From: Octopus vulgaris | Taxonomy: Eukaryota | Direction of reading: 5' to 3' | DNA length: 64,000 nt | Assembly: GCA_951406725.2 (NCBI GenBank) | Contig: OX597819.1 | Location: 78,802,001-78,866,000 of the forward strand | Shown here: piece by piece, positions 1 through 11,184 of the stretch | Numbering within the stretch: position 1 is the first letter of the stretch | Layout of the letters: each line of letters begins with the position of its first letter | Translations under genes and position numbers: made by a program | Notes under the pieces: model-generated | What the model was told of the DNA's origin: nothing | Seen by the model: the letters and a program-made list of their open reading frames with translations, nothing else | Databases searched by the model: none

Positions 1-54
1 TATCCCTTTTAGAGAATTATTATTGCTATATATATATATATATATATATATATA

Positions 55-586
55 CTAGCAGCTAAGGCCAGTTTCACTTGGTCTGTTTGGATGATGTGGC
101 TGTGATCGTTTTCAGTTAAGCATAATCTATAACAGCTTTTTTTCAACTTTATCATTTTGGGTCCCCTGTTTTGATTGGAGCCTCCTGCTGTATGAAAATT
201 TCCTGACCCCCCCCCCCCCCTGTCAGAAAACAGCTTCAGGAGTTGTGAAGAAAGTATTTGTACATAATTTGTTTCTGAGAGCTATTCTATTGGACCTCTG
301 TCTAATCACTTCTTTTAAGGTACACACACATACATAGAAAATGTGAGGTCATGGTAGAAAATTTTTTACGATAGTTAATTTATGGAAATGAGTTCCATTA
401 GAAAAGGTTTTAATCGATTTTCTCGGTAAGTATGGGGTCTAGGAAAAAAATACAAGCTGCATTCCAATCTATGCACCTATCTCCACATGTGTGCCATTTT
501 TCACGCCAATCCACCCAGCCATTTGGCTATGAACCTGAAGACAACAAAGAATACAATGATCACCTATGTCCAATTTATATTATAGA
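55..586 (-). mobile_element. Non-autonomous Helitron-like element
   Basis: On the minus strand it begins TCTATAATATAAA (586) and ends with a short hairpin (gaccaagtgaaactggcc) then CTAG at 55-58. This matches Helitron 5'-TC / 3'-hairpin-CTRR termini. Confidence 0.6.
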
Positions 587-589
587 ATT

Positions 590-839
590 ATAGTAATAAT
601 AGCAGTAACCCTTGGATGGGATTTATAACTACTTTAATGCATCACTACATGCATTTCCACTAATCACATGTCCTTTAAGATCACAGTCAGTATTCCTGGG
701 ATTCTTAAGATCACAGTTCATATCCCAGAAGCACAAATTGTGATATAAAGTGACTTGTGATTTGCAGAAATGTGCATAGTGATGCATTAAATGTTTATAA
801 ATTTCATATAAGGATTATTGTCATCATTAATTACTATAT
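590..839. mobile_element. Foldback / MITE-like element with ~120-bp imperfect inverted arms
   Basis: The left arm (tatagtaat...tttaatgcatcacta...aatcaca...ctgggat) is the degenerate reverse complement of the right arm (atcccag...tgtgatt...tagtgatgcattaaa...attactata). TA lies at both ends. Confidence 0.6.
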
Positions 840-964
840 TTATCCTATTTTATATCAGTACAGCTTGGTGTGACCCGCAAAAACTGGTTCACCAGTCAGC
901 ATAATTAGACTGTAGCTGGCTTGATGGAATAGGTGCTTTATTTGCATATCCAAAACGTTTCCCG

Positions 965-1310
965 GCTTGCTTAGCTACCACATGGTTTCAAGTTCAACCC
1001 CATTGCATGGCACCTTGGGCAAGTGTCTTCTTCTATAGCTGAACAAAGCCTTGTGAGTGGATTTGGTAGACGGAAAACTGAAAGAGGCCAATCGTATATA
1101 TATGTGTGTGTGTGTTTGTGTGTCTGTCTTCCCCCTCCCCAACATCGCTTGATATCCGATGCTGGAGTGTTTACATCCCCGTAACTTAGTGGTTTGGCAA
1201 AAGTGACCGATAGAATAAGTACTAGGCTTACGAAGACCAAGTCCTGGGGTCGATATGCTCAACTAAAGGCGGTCCTGTAGCATGACTGTCATCTAATGAC
1301 TGAAACAAAT
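965..1310 (+). mobile_element. tRNA-derived SINE family A (CORE-like), 5'-eroded copy
   Basis: Contains ccacatggtt...ggcaccttgggcaagtgtcttc...gatttggtagacggaaactgaaag, an internal (TG)n tract and a tail ending ctgaaacaa. About 20 copies occur in the window. The accttgggcaagt block resembles the CORE-SINE domain. Confidence 0.85.
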
Positions 1311-1724
1311 AATATATATATATATATATCATTTAATACACACTGTATTGAAATAAAAGCTATTAATAGTTTCTTGCCATTAAGACATGTGGTTAGGAAC
1401 ATTATGAAAACCTGCTTAACCTTGTATTTTACTGGATGGGGGGCTTATTTTTTTTGTCCATCTTACCTTAATGGAACAGTCAAGGATACATATATATTTG
1501 TGTGGTGTGTGTGAGTTTATGTATGTTTGTGTTACTGTCATACATGTAGTGTTATTCATTTCCATTTCTCTGTGAGAACATGTCTAGCCATGGAGAAATA
1601 TTTCGTTGCCTGGAAACAGGTAAGGGTCGGCAACAAGAAAGACATTTGGCCATAGAAAAATTTGCCTCAATAATCTCCATTCAATCCATTTACGCATAGA
1701 AAAGTAGATGTCAAAATGATGGAG

Positions 1725-2100
1725 TGGCTGTGTGGTAAGTGGCTTGCTTACGAACCACATGGTTCTGGGTTCAGTCCCACTGTGTGGCACCTTGGGCAAG
1801 TGTCTTCTGCTACAGCCTCAGGCCGACCAAAGCCTTGTAAGTGGATTTGGTAGACGGAAACTGAAAGAAGCCCATCGCACATATATATATGTGTGTATGC
1901 ATATGTTTGTCCTCCCCCAACATCGCTTGACGACCGATGCTGGTGTGTTTATGTCCCTGTAACTTGCAGTTTGGCAAAAGAGACCGATAGAATAAGTACT
2001 AGGCTTACAAAGAATAAGTCCTGGGGTCGATTTGCTCGACTTAAGGTGGTGCTTTAGCATGGCCACAGTCAAATGACTGAAACAAGTAAAAGTGAGTAAA
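1725..2100 (+). mobile_element. SINE family A, full-length copy
   Basis: A-box-like tggctgtgtggtaag, B-box-like ggttcagtccc, CORE-like block and an aagtaaaag tail. Confidence 0.9.
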
Positions 2101-2354
2101 AGAGTATATAGAAGAGGTGGAACAGGATGTTGTGATGTTCATGTCTTTCTTTTAAATGTATTAATTATGAAAAGGAAACTAATTCCAAGGAGCTCTTTTT
2201 TTGTTTTTTTATCAGATTCTGCTCATGGTTTAAGGGGTCTCTCCGATGAGAGGGGTTTCTTTTGTTTTCCAATTGTGCTTTTGTGGAACGCAGAGTAGAG
2301 GGAAGTGCAGAGATAGATATCTATTCATTAATCTTATACAGATTGATAGATTCA

Positions 2355-2460
2355 TCATCATATTTATTATTCTTATGCAAGAATGTAGTTAACAGTGTCT
2401 TGGAATTTTGGCTGGCTGAGCCATCGTCAGATAACCCACCAAATTAACGTAAAATCGTTA
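2355..2460 (-). mobile_element. Penelope-like fragment with a decayed hammerhead motif
   Basis: The minus strand reads ctgacga-tggctcagccagcc-aaaa-ttccaag-ac-actgttaactacattcttgcataagaataataaat. It is homologous to 39100-39200, but GAAA has become AAAA and the GUC triplet is lost. Confidence 0.55.
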
Positions 2461-2610
2461 AGATGTAAAATTGTTTTGTATTGTTTTTATGAACATAAAA
2501 AAGAAGAAAAAAAAACATTAGTACAGACAGACAGAGTGGTTGATTGGTTTAGAGTTAGTGTATTTGTGTGTGTTATTGCTTGACTTAGTCAAACTTAGTT
2601 CAACATGTAC

Positions 2611-2709
2611 CTTGGTAATGTAAAAATTCAAATCGGTCCTTATGGGTTTTGAACTTGGAAAGCGAAAGTACCACATCAGAATACAGCATGGCCCATCACA
2701 AATTAGTGT
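2611..2709 (-). CDS. Candidate 99-nt exon of the minus-strand gene
   Basis: Acceptor tgttgcttcag, donor AAG|gtacat, in unique non-repeat sequence. Phase 0-0 is open (TLICDGPCCILMWYFRFPSSKPIRTDLNFYITK). An alternative internal gccATG frame gives MLYSDVVLSLSKFKTHKDRFEFLHYQ. Confidence 0.5.
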
Positions 2710-3275
2710 CTGAAGCAACAGATGATGATGATGATGATGATGATGGCAATAAAACAGAAACTGAAGTCTGTGGGTATGTGTGGCTTGGAAGCATGGAAGA
2801 GATAGCGGCGGGGGTTGGGGGTGGGAGGAAATGGGGGCGGGGGGGTTATGATTTGTTATGGATAAACATAAATTACACTGATTACAAAGTTAATGGCATC
2901 TTGTTACTTGTCTTTTCCTTCAGTAATTGACAAGTTGTTGTAGTGGTGGTGGTGGTGGTAGTGACGAGGAGGAGAAGAGTGGGTAGAGTTGGGATGCTGG
3001 AATGGAGCTAATGAAGAAGAACTAAACAAACATGAAAACAGATCTTTGTTGCTTCATCTCGATTTGTTTCTTTTTTTGTGTGTGTATGTGTGTGTGTGTA
3101 CGCGCACGCGTGTGCACACATTCATACATATACATACTGTTTTCTTGTTATTTACTAGATTTTTTTTTTTATTTTTGCCATTGTTGTTTGTCTCACTTTA
3201 ACCCCCACCCTTCCACCTCCCCTAATCTCCATCATCTGATTCATAATTTATTGATGTAAAAATAAATAAATAAAT

Positions 3276-3306
<31 letters not shown>

Positions 3307-4261
3307 TAAAAAAGAGGGTGAAAAATGTTTGGTAAGAATGGTAAATGTTGCTTCGAAATTGGAGATTAATCTTCAGGTAAAGTGTGGTGGTAGGCAAAAT
3401 CTTGGTTAAAGAAAACAAAACGAAAAAAAAAACAAAAAAACAAATCAGAACAAAACCAAAAAACCCTCAAAGAAACAAAAAGCATTTTTCATTTCATGGT
3501 GCGTGTGTGCATGTCTCTGTGTGTGTGTGTGTTGCAAAATTAGTTTCAAAATTTGTGTGTGTGTGTGGGAGACGACGGAGTCATTGGTGAACCAACACAA
3601 GGCATTTGATATCTTTCCACTTATCTACCTGTTGTCTGTTTGTCTATCTATCGTTTATCAATTTATCAAATCTTATCTCTCTATCTACCGATTTATCTAT
3701 CTGGCTACCTACCTAGCTACCTGTCTATCTACTTCTGTCTACCTTTTTATCTACCTGAATTTCTTTCTGTATTGCAGCTATGTATTTCTCAATTTGCCCA
3801 CCCATCCCCACATCTATTTATCTGCCTTCTTGTCAATCTCTCTGTCTGTCTGTTAATCTGTCTGTATGTCTGGCTATCTTTCTGTCTGTCTTTCAATATA
3901 TATATATATATATATATAAAGTATTAAGGTGGTTTACTTGCATTTTACAACCAAAAGGTACGAGTATAGAAAGTCACTAAGGTGACTAAGGATGCTTGTC
4001 AGCTTTGCTAGAAATAAGAGTCAGAACTACTCTTAGCTATGGGGAAGCACTTATATCTAATGACTGACGAGAGAGATGAGCTCCCTACAATATTGTTCAT
4101 TGTAAGTTCAAAGTGTCAGCTTGCTTAGCCTTAATAGGACTGCCCAATGAAGGCTAGGCTGGCTGAAACTGTGAAGTCACTGTCAACAGTATTCCTATTA
4201 AAGAATAATAATACTCTGTGAAAAGTATTCTGTAGTCTATCAGTTTATTGTAAAATTGTTT

Positions 4262-4625
4262 CTGGCTGTGTGCTAAGTAGCTGCTTATGAACCACATGGT
4301 TCCAGGTTCAGTCCCACTGCGTGGCACCTTGGGTAAGTGTCTTCTACTAATCAAAGCCTTGTGAGTGGATTTGGTAGACGGAAACATATATATATATATA
4401 TATGTATGTGCTTGTTTGTGTGTCTGTGTTTGTCCCCCTCAACATCGCTTGACAACCGATGCTGGTGTGTTTACATCCCCGTAACTTAGCGGTTCGGCAA
4501 AAAGAGACCGATAAAATAAGTACTAGGCTTACAAAGAATAAGTCCTGGGATCGATTTGATTGACTAAAGGCGGTGCTCCAGCATGGCCACAGTCACATGA
4601 CTGAAACAAGTAAAAGAGTAAAGAG
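4262..4625 (+). mobile_element. SINE family A, near full-length
   Basis: Same head, CORE-like block and tail as 1725-2100. Confidence 0.9.
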
Positions 4626-5196
4626 TTATAACTCAACATATAAACATACACTAATATACACACACACACATACCCAGTACTACTTATCTACCTATTTACC
4701 TACCCATCCATCCATCCATCCATCCAACTATCTACCTCTCCTTTTCTTTTCCTCCTTCTTGTCTGTCTCTATAAATCTTCGACTGTCTAAATTTTTTAAC
4801 CTACCATCTATCAATCTGTCTGTGTGTCTATCGACCTGTTGGTGTGTCCATTTATCTCTCTATCAATTTTTCCAATTAGTAATCTAGCTGTCAGTCATCC
4901 TATTTGATCTGCTTGTCTGTCCTATCCAATCACATTACTCTGTTTTGTTGTGTGCAAGTGTTGGCTAATTAGCAGCATTGTTCTCAATTTAACCCCCACA
5001 CATACAAACACACACCCACGTGTACCTTCAATAATTTATGTTGACCACTGAGTATTGAAATGAATTGGGTATTTATTTATTTATTTATTTATTTTTTATT
5101 TATTTATTTAATTCATCAGACAGTGGCCATGCTAGGACACAATCCTGAAGGGCTTTAGTCTAAAAACATTTGACCCCAGTACTTATTCTCTTATTA

Positions 5197-5584
5197 GGAG
5201 GCGCAATGGCCCAGTGGTTAGGGCAGCAGACTCGTGGTCATAGGATCGCGGTTTCGATCCCCAGACCGGGCGTTGTGAGTGTTTATTGAGCGAAAACACC
5301 TAAAGCTCCATGAGTCTCCGGCAGGGATGGTGGTGATCCCTGCTGTACTCTTTCACCACAACTTTCTCTCACTCTTACTTCCTGTTTCTGTTGTACCTGT
5401 ATTTCAAAGGGCCGGCCTTGTCACTCTCTGTGTCACGCTGAATATCCCCGAGAACTACGTTAAGGTTACACGTGTCTGTGGGGTGCTCAGCCACTTACAC
5501 GTTAATTTCACGAGCAGGCTGTTCCGTTGATTCGGATCAACCGGAACCCTCGTCGTCGTAACCGACGGAGTGCTTCCATTCCCA
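5197..5584 (+). mobile_element. Young full-length tRNA-derived SINE (distinct family) with a 13-bp target-site duplication
   Basis: A box tggcccagtgg, B box gtttcgatccc and a CpG-rich body. Direct repeats tattctcttatta lie at 5184-5196 and 5585-5597. It is inserted into an older SINE fragment. Confidence 0.9.
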
Positions 5585-5789
5585 TATTCTCTTATTAAAG
5601 GCACAAACAAACCATTTTCTGTAGTCGACTGATAGGTGGAAAGTGGTTGGCATCCAGCTGTAGAAACCATGCCTAAGCAGGCGCTGGAGCACATTGTAGT
5701 CCTCCAACTCATCAAATCCTTGTCAAACTGTCTGACCCATGATGGCATGGAACATGAATGTTAAATGATAATGATGACTATGATTGATT

Positions 5790-6124
5790 CCCAGCGTTCA
5801 CTATTTTCCTCTCGTTCTGGTCTAACGACCCTCCATGTTTGTTTTCATTTGGTTTCCTTGTATGTCTCCACTGTCCTATTTTTTGTTCCTAACTTTGACC
5901 CTCGATAAATCCAAAATTTTTATTTAGACCTTGTGGGAGCAACTGTCTTTGAAGATTCATTGTCGTTGAATGCTCGAAATGAGGAGTAGATAGACAGCCG
6001 ACGACTGATGAAGGGTTATTTCTCTGTGTTTACTTGTCCTGTTTCCCATTTTTTTTCTCTCGTTATTAATGTATTTAACTCGTTTGTCTACGTGGTTCAT
6101 GTTGTTTACACAGGTGGTGATGTC

Positions 6125-6125
<1 letters not shown>
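5790..6125. repeat. Unclassified dispersed repeat fragment, possibly Penelope-related
   Basis: Relatively CpG-rich block (gctcgaaat...gacagccgacgactgatgaaggg) with T-rich flanks. It resembles 24610-25010 read on the opposite strand. Confidence 0.3.
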
Positions 6126-6167
<42 letters not shown>

Positions 6168-6369
6168 CCGGAGTAAACACATAAATGTGAAACAACGTGG
6201 AAAAAAGAGTACTCAAATACCAGTGGTAGAGTAATATGCTTTATTTAAAGCAGCAGAAAATTCAACAAAATCTGTTACTCTGAGTTTCTCGCTACCGTTC
6301 TGTCTGATGAACGGCAACGAGAAACTCAGAGTAACAGATTTTGTTGAATTTTCTGCTGCTTTTAATAAA

Positions 6370-6370
<1 letters not shown>
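6168..6370. mobile_element. Penelope-like pseudo-LTR fragment with a 62-bp inverted repeat
   Basis: Arms 6239-6300 and 6309-6370 (3 mismatches, 8-nt loop), flanked by (TA)n on both sides. Contains a hammerhead core. Confidence 0.7.
6299..6338 (+). ncRNA. Minimal type I hammerhead ribozyme (Penelope-type)
   Basis: Stem I tctgt(6299-6303)/acaga(6334-6338). CUGAUGA at 6304-6310. Stem II a-cg-gcaa-cg-a. GAAA at 6321-6324. Near-palindromic stem III ACUC-A-GAGU. Predicted cleavage after GUA at 6333. The 10.1-11.1 pair is an A-A mismatch. Confidence 0.7.
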
Positions 6371-6415
<45 letters not shown>

Positions 6416-7068
6416 CAAGCTTTCACCCAGTTTCTGTCTACTAAATCCACCCACAAGGATTTGTAAGCCAGGAGCTATAGTAGAAGACGCTTGCTCAAGG
6501 TGCTACACAGTGGGACTGAACCTGAAACCACATGGTTGCAAAGCAAGCCATTTTTGTTTAATGTAATTTTTTAAAGACAATTGGGTGTATTTTGAGGGAG
6601 ATTGGGCTGGGTTTTTTTTTCTCTTGCTTGCTTAAAAATGGCATTGTAGACACTCCTTTGTGGGTTTGTAGTTATGTAATAGGGTGCAGCACAGCAGCCC
6701 ATGTAGTCAAGAATTCAACTTCATAGTATTGTGTTATGAGAGTCCACCCATGTAAAATAGGGATCAAAGAGGTCAATAAGCAAAAAATGGTTGAGAAACA
6801 CTGAGCTAACTCCTTCAAGATGGTGCCCCAACATGACCTCAGTCCAGTAACAAGTAAAAGATAAAAAAAATAATAATAAAAAATAAATTTCATCCAAATA
6901 TATAGAACTGACCAAGTGAGCAATCAATATAGTCAAAACCAGGATAAGAATTTTAGAAATAAAAGTAAGTTAAAAAAAACAGAAATGGAACTCCAAAGAA
7001 GAAAAGACAAAAAAATAAAATCCAGATTATGGTTACTATTCATATTGTCTTTGCATTGTTCTATTCAC

Positions 7069-7137
7069 CTGAGTCTTTCCAGGAAAATGTTCATCATCCA
7101 ACCCACAAGTTATCTCCCCTTCTTTATTCTGTTTCAT
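7069..7137 (-). CDS. Candidate alternative first coding exon (MKQNKEGEITCGLDDEHFPGKTQ)
   Basis: ATG at 7137, phase-0 donor CAG|gtgaat. A possible acceptor ctatttcag lies at 7258, with an in-frame stop upstream of the ATG. Confidence 0.25.
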
Positions 7138-7968
7138 ACTGACTGCCTCTGTTCCCCCACCCCACCACCCACCACTTCCAGCCCTGCCCTGCCCTGCCCT
7201 CCACTCTCCGCAGTTCTTTTGCAGTCAGTACTTTTGTCGTAGTGCTATAAAGTTAATCTGAAATAGCAATACGTTTGCTGGTTGCTTCAGTAACTCTTGT
7301 CTAACCATTGATCTCTCTCTCTCTCTCTCTCTCAACCCCCCCCTCTCTCTCTCTGTCTTTTTCCCATTCTTCAACCCCCCACCCCCATCAGTTCTGCCAC
7401 CGCCATCCCAACCCCACCACCACCACCACCCCTCGCTCCTTCACGCTCAAGTGTGTATTCATGCTATTCATAAGTTGCATATCTCTCTAGCACCCAATAT
7501 TCTCTGCATAATCTTTGGTTATATTTAGTTCCTCTTGAGCATCAAACCATTTCCACATTGATGACATTCTGATTTCACAATATATACATCAATGATTCCA
7601 TAAATGAATTCCTTCTATTTACCATTAATTTATTTATTGATTTATGTTTTGCTTTTCTTTTTTTCTTTACTTTTTCTTTTCTTTTTCTGTTTTTTTTTTT
7701 TTGCTTCACTTATTGATTTTTTTTTTCTTCTTGTGTTATGGCTTGTTCTCATTGTTTTTGATGTTGGTGTCGTTGTTGCTGTTGTTGTTGTTGCTGCTGC
7801 TGCTGTTGTATTTTTCGCCACTTTCTGTAGAACTTATGTCTTGAGAAGAATAGCTATTACATAATTTTCCCTGAAGTAACCAGTCCCTCCTGAATGTTCT
7901 TCTGCTGCATACTGTTCTATTAACTAAAGAAAGCACACAATTCCATTCAGCTCTGTCGCTTATCTCCC

Positions 7969-8010
<42 letters not shown>

Positions 8011-8050
8011 TACGCACACACAAGCATATACACACATACATATGTATATG

Positions 8051-8087
<37 letters not shown>

Positions 8088-8436
8088 TTGTGTGTGTATG
8101 TATGTGTATATTTCCACCCATTCAAGCACCATTCTCTAGTGTTCCTTCTGTCTTCATTGTATCATTACCATTAATCTATTGAATGAACTTGTCACAGACT
8201 CTGTTCTTCAGATATCTCACAGTTTTATGCATAATAATAGACTTCTGAAAGTGAAATGGCACATTTGCTTGATCCAGATTTTTCAGTCAATCCATTTCCT
8301 TGTTTCATAACAATGTGTTGTTGTTGCTGTCGTTGTTGTTGTTCTTGTTATCATCACCAGCATCACCATTATCATCATAATCATTTGCTAGAAATTATTA
8401 TTAGCAACACCGTTATTATTATTGGAAAGAGAAGAA

Positions 8437-8486
<50 letters not shown>

Positions 8487-9720
8487 CATCATCATCATTG
8501 TTATTGCTGTCGTTGTTGTTAGGACTTCAGAATTAGTTTCTATACACTATTTTTAGATCTGTGATTGGATTTATCTAGCATAAGCAGTGCTTGGAACTAG
8601 CGTTCCTGCTATGCTGTGCACACACAAATGCAACAGCATCGTGATTTCAATCCCCTCCCTTGTGTAAATAGATTGATTCTGGTGGTATAAGTTTGTCTGT
8701 TGTAACCTGCAGCAAACCTGCTCTACTATTTGGTATACTTTGTTTGTTGAGATCCTACCCTGACTAGATGGCCCAGATCAGCTGAGATCAGTGTGACTTG
8801 GACTACATTCTTCAGTCCTATGTAACTAGAAGGTATGCCCCAGCATATCTTCTTTGCCATCTTCTCTCTCTCCTTTCCCACCTGGAGTAGCCATATATCT
8901 CTTCTATAGTAAGACCCTTATTTTTATCCTTTTTTTCATATTGTAACCCTTCATCACCTGGCCTGAATCTACCTTCCTCAAATTACTTCTTGCCTCATTT
9001 TAAGTAGGTTCATGTCTTGCAAGTTACTTGATGACCCTGCTAGTACTTGTGGCAAGGAAAAAAGGTCCCTGTGTACTCTGTCAAGTGGTTGGCATTAGGA
9101 AGGACACCCAACTACAGAAACCATGTCAAAGCAGACAGTGGAGCTTGATACAGTCCTTTGGCTTCCCAGTTTCCATGAAACTGTCCGACGCATACCAGCA
9201 TGGAAAATGAGCATTAAATGATGACTCGTTCTTGCCTGTTCTATGCATCACACATGATATAGAAAACCTGTTACTCTGGTGTCCATGCATCATATATATG
9301 TTACATTTTCCCACATTTTTTGTTTTAACCCTTGGAGCAACTTAGGGCTTAATCAAAGAAGCTTTTCATATTACTCAGAATGCATGAAATGAGGGCTGAC
9401 TAAGAGTGTGATAACAAGCGTGCACATTTAGGACAAACTGAAGCAAAGATTGGACAGGCAAAGGATTAAGATAATATGACATTGGTTCTCAATCTGTTTG
9501 ATCTTGTGGTGCACTTGAAATAAAATAATAAATTTGCAGACTCACTTGATTGTTGCATGTTAAAAATTATTGGTACACTTCATATGGAAGATGAAAAATT
9601 TATCAGTGCACTTTGTATGGAAAGTTAAAAGACCTTATAATAAAAAAAATATTGATTTTTTAATATTTTTTTATTGATCATACTTATCATTGTCTTCATC
9701 ATCATCATCATCATCACTAC

Positions 9721-9946
9721 TTAACCCCTTGCAGATGGGAAGTGGTACAGACTGCATTGAAACACTGTATGTGTGAGCAGTGTGATGTCCTACTCTGTGT
9801 GGCACCATCTTTTCAAATATACCACACTGAGAAGAATCTAAATCTACTGCAAAATTCCTTATATGGAAAATTATGTGGACACTGAACGGCCTAATACTGG
9901 TACACAACACAGACTGTCAGTACTCAATCCGTCTACAAGGGGTTAA
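9721..9946. mobile_element. piggyBac-like MITE
   Basis: TTAA at both ends and TIRs ccccttgcaga / tctacaagggg. Confidence 0.7.
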
Positions 9947-10029
9947 TTTCCATGTTTTCATGCTGGGATATGATGGATGGTTTGACTTCCCTGATGGCTG
10001 TGTTGGCCTTAGTATTTATTACAGCTAAT

Positions 10030-10420
10030 TTTATCTTTTACTTGTTTCAGTCATTGGCTTGCAGCCATGCTGGGGCACTTCCTTGAACTGTTTTATTCAA
10101 GCAAATTAAACCCTATACCTATTTTTTTTTTTAACGTTGGTGCTTATTTTGTCAATCAGTTTTGCCAGCCTGCTAAGTTATGGTGACATAAACAAAATGA
10201 CACTGATTACTAAGCAGTGGTGGGAACAAACACAAGCACACATATGCATGCATACAGACACACGATGGACTTCTTTCAGTTTCTATCAACGAAATCCACT
10301 TACAAGGCTTTGATTGTCCTGGTTCTATAGTGAAAGACACCTGTCCAAGGTGCCACACAGTGGGACTGAACCTGAAAGCTTGTGGTTGGGAAGCAAGCTT
10401 ACCACTCAGCCATGCCTGTA
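10030..10420 (-). mobile_element. SINE family A, reverse orientation
   Basis: Reverse complement of the family A head, CORE-like block and tail. Confidence 0.8.
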
Positions 10421-11184
10421 CCTATAATACATGATTGTGTATAATAAAATTACAAATAACATAATTAGCACTTATTCTGATTTTTCTATAGCCTTGAATT
10501 ATTCTTATATGAAAATCTGAGATACACTGTTTGAGAACCACTGCTTTAGGTCCACTTCAAATGGTTAGAAGTAGAGCAATGAAACTGTGACGTGTAGTAA
10601 GGATCCGGCTATTGGCTGAGTCCATTGCGAAGATCACCCCATCACCTTCTTTTGGTTGGGAAAGGCAGGTAGTGTTTCTTTGTCTGGTGGAAGTTTCACT
10701 TGCAAAAAAAATGAGTGTAGAGACAGAAATGCTGCCTCTCTCTAATTTTTTTGAAAGGTCGGTGAATGCGGCTAGAATGGTCCAAATGAACGTGCCTACT
10801 CTATGTATGTTGCCCTAGTTGTCGAGTTCACTATGGTTTTGTGAGGTTTCTCCAAGCAGTCCTAGGAAGTCTCCCACTTTTGGGGAATCATTTATTATTA
10901 TAATTTTATATTGTTACTTAATTTTTTCCCCTCAAATTGTTGGCCTTGTGCCAAAATTTGAAACTAATATTTAGAGCTGGTGTAATTGTTGGCATGCTAG
11001 ATGAAATACTTAGCAACATTTCATCTGTCTTTTTGTTCTGAGTTCAAATTCTGCTGGTGTCAACTTTGCCTTTTGTCCTTTCTCGGTTGATGATATTAGT
11101 AAAAATTACACACTGGGGTTAATGTCATCGACTTATCCCTCCCTCGAAATTTCAGGCTTTGTGCCTATAATAAAGATTAAAGAC

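Larger units (their letters stand above)
9480..10542. mobile_element. Old hAT (Charlie-like) non-autonomous element with nested insertions
   Basis: Terminal cattggttctcaa ... ttgagaaccactg matches a CAGTGGTTCTCAA-type TIR. It contains a piggyBac-like MITE and a family-A SINE. Confidence 0.5.

Noticed and set aside
5197-5275. tRNA-like sequence as a functional tRNA gene
   Set aside because: It continues into a SINE body bounded by a target-site duplication, so it is a SINE head.
5960-6030. cgaaa...ctgatga as a permuted hammerhead
   Set aside because: No consistent stem I or stem III pairing, and no GAAA after CUGAUGA.
10600-10885. Unique-looking block with ORF fragments (also 30640-30800 and 59090-59280)
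   Set aside because: No clean splice-site pair fits the gene model. These are more likely decayed LINE relics and too weak to classify.
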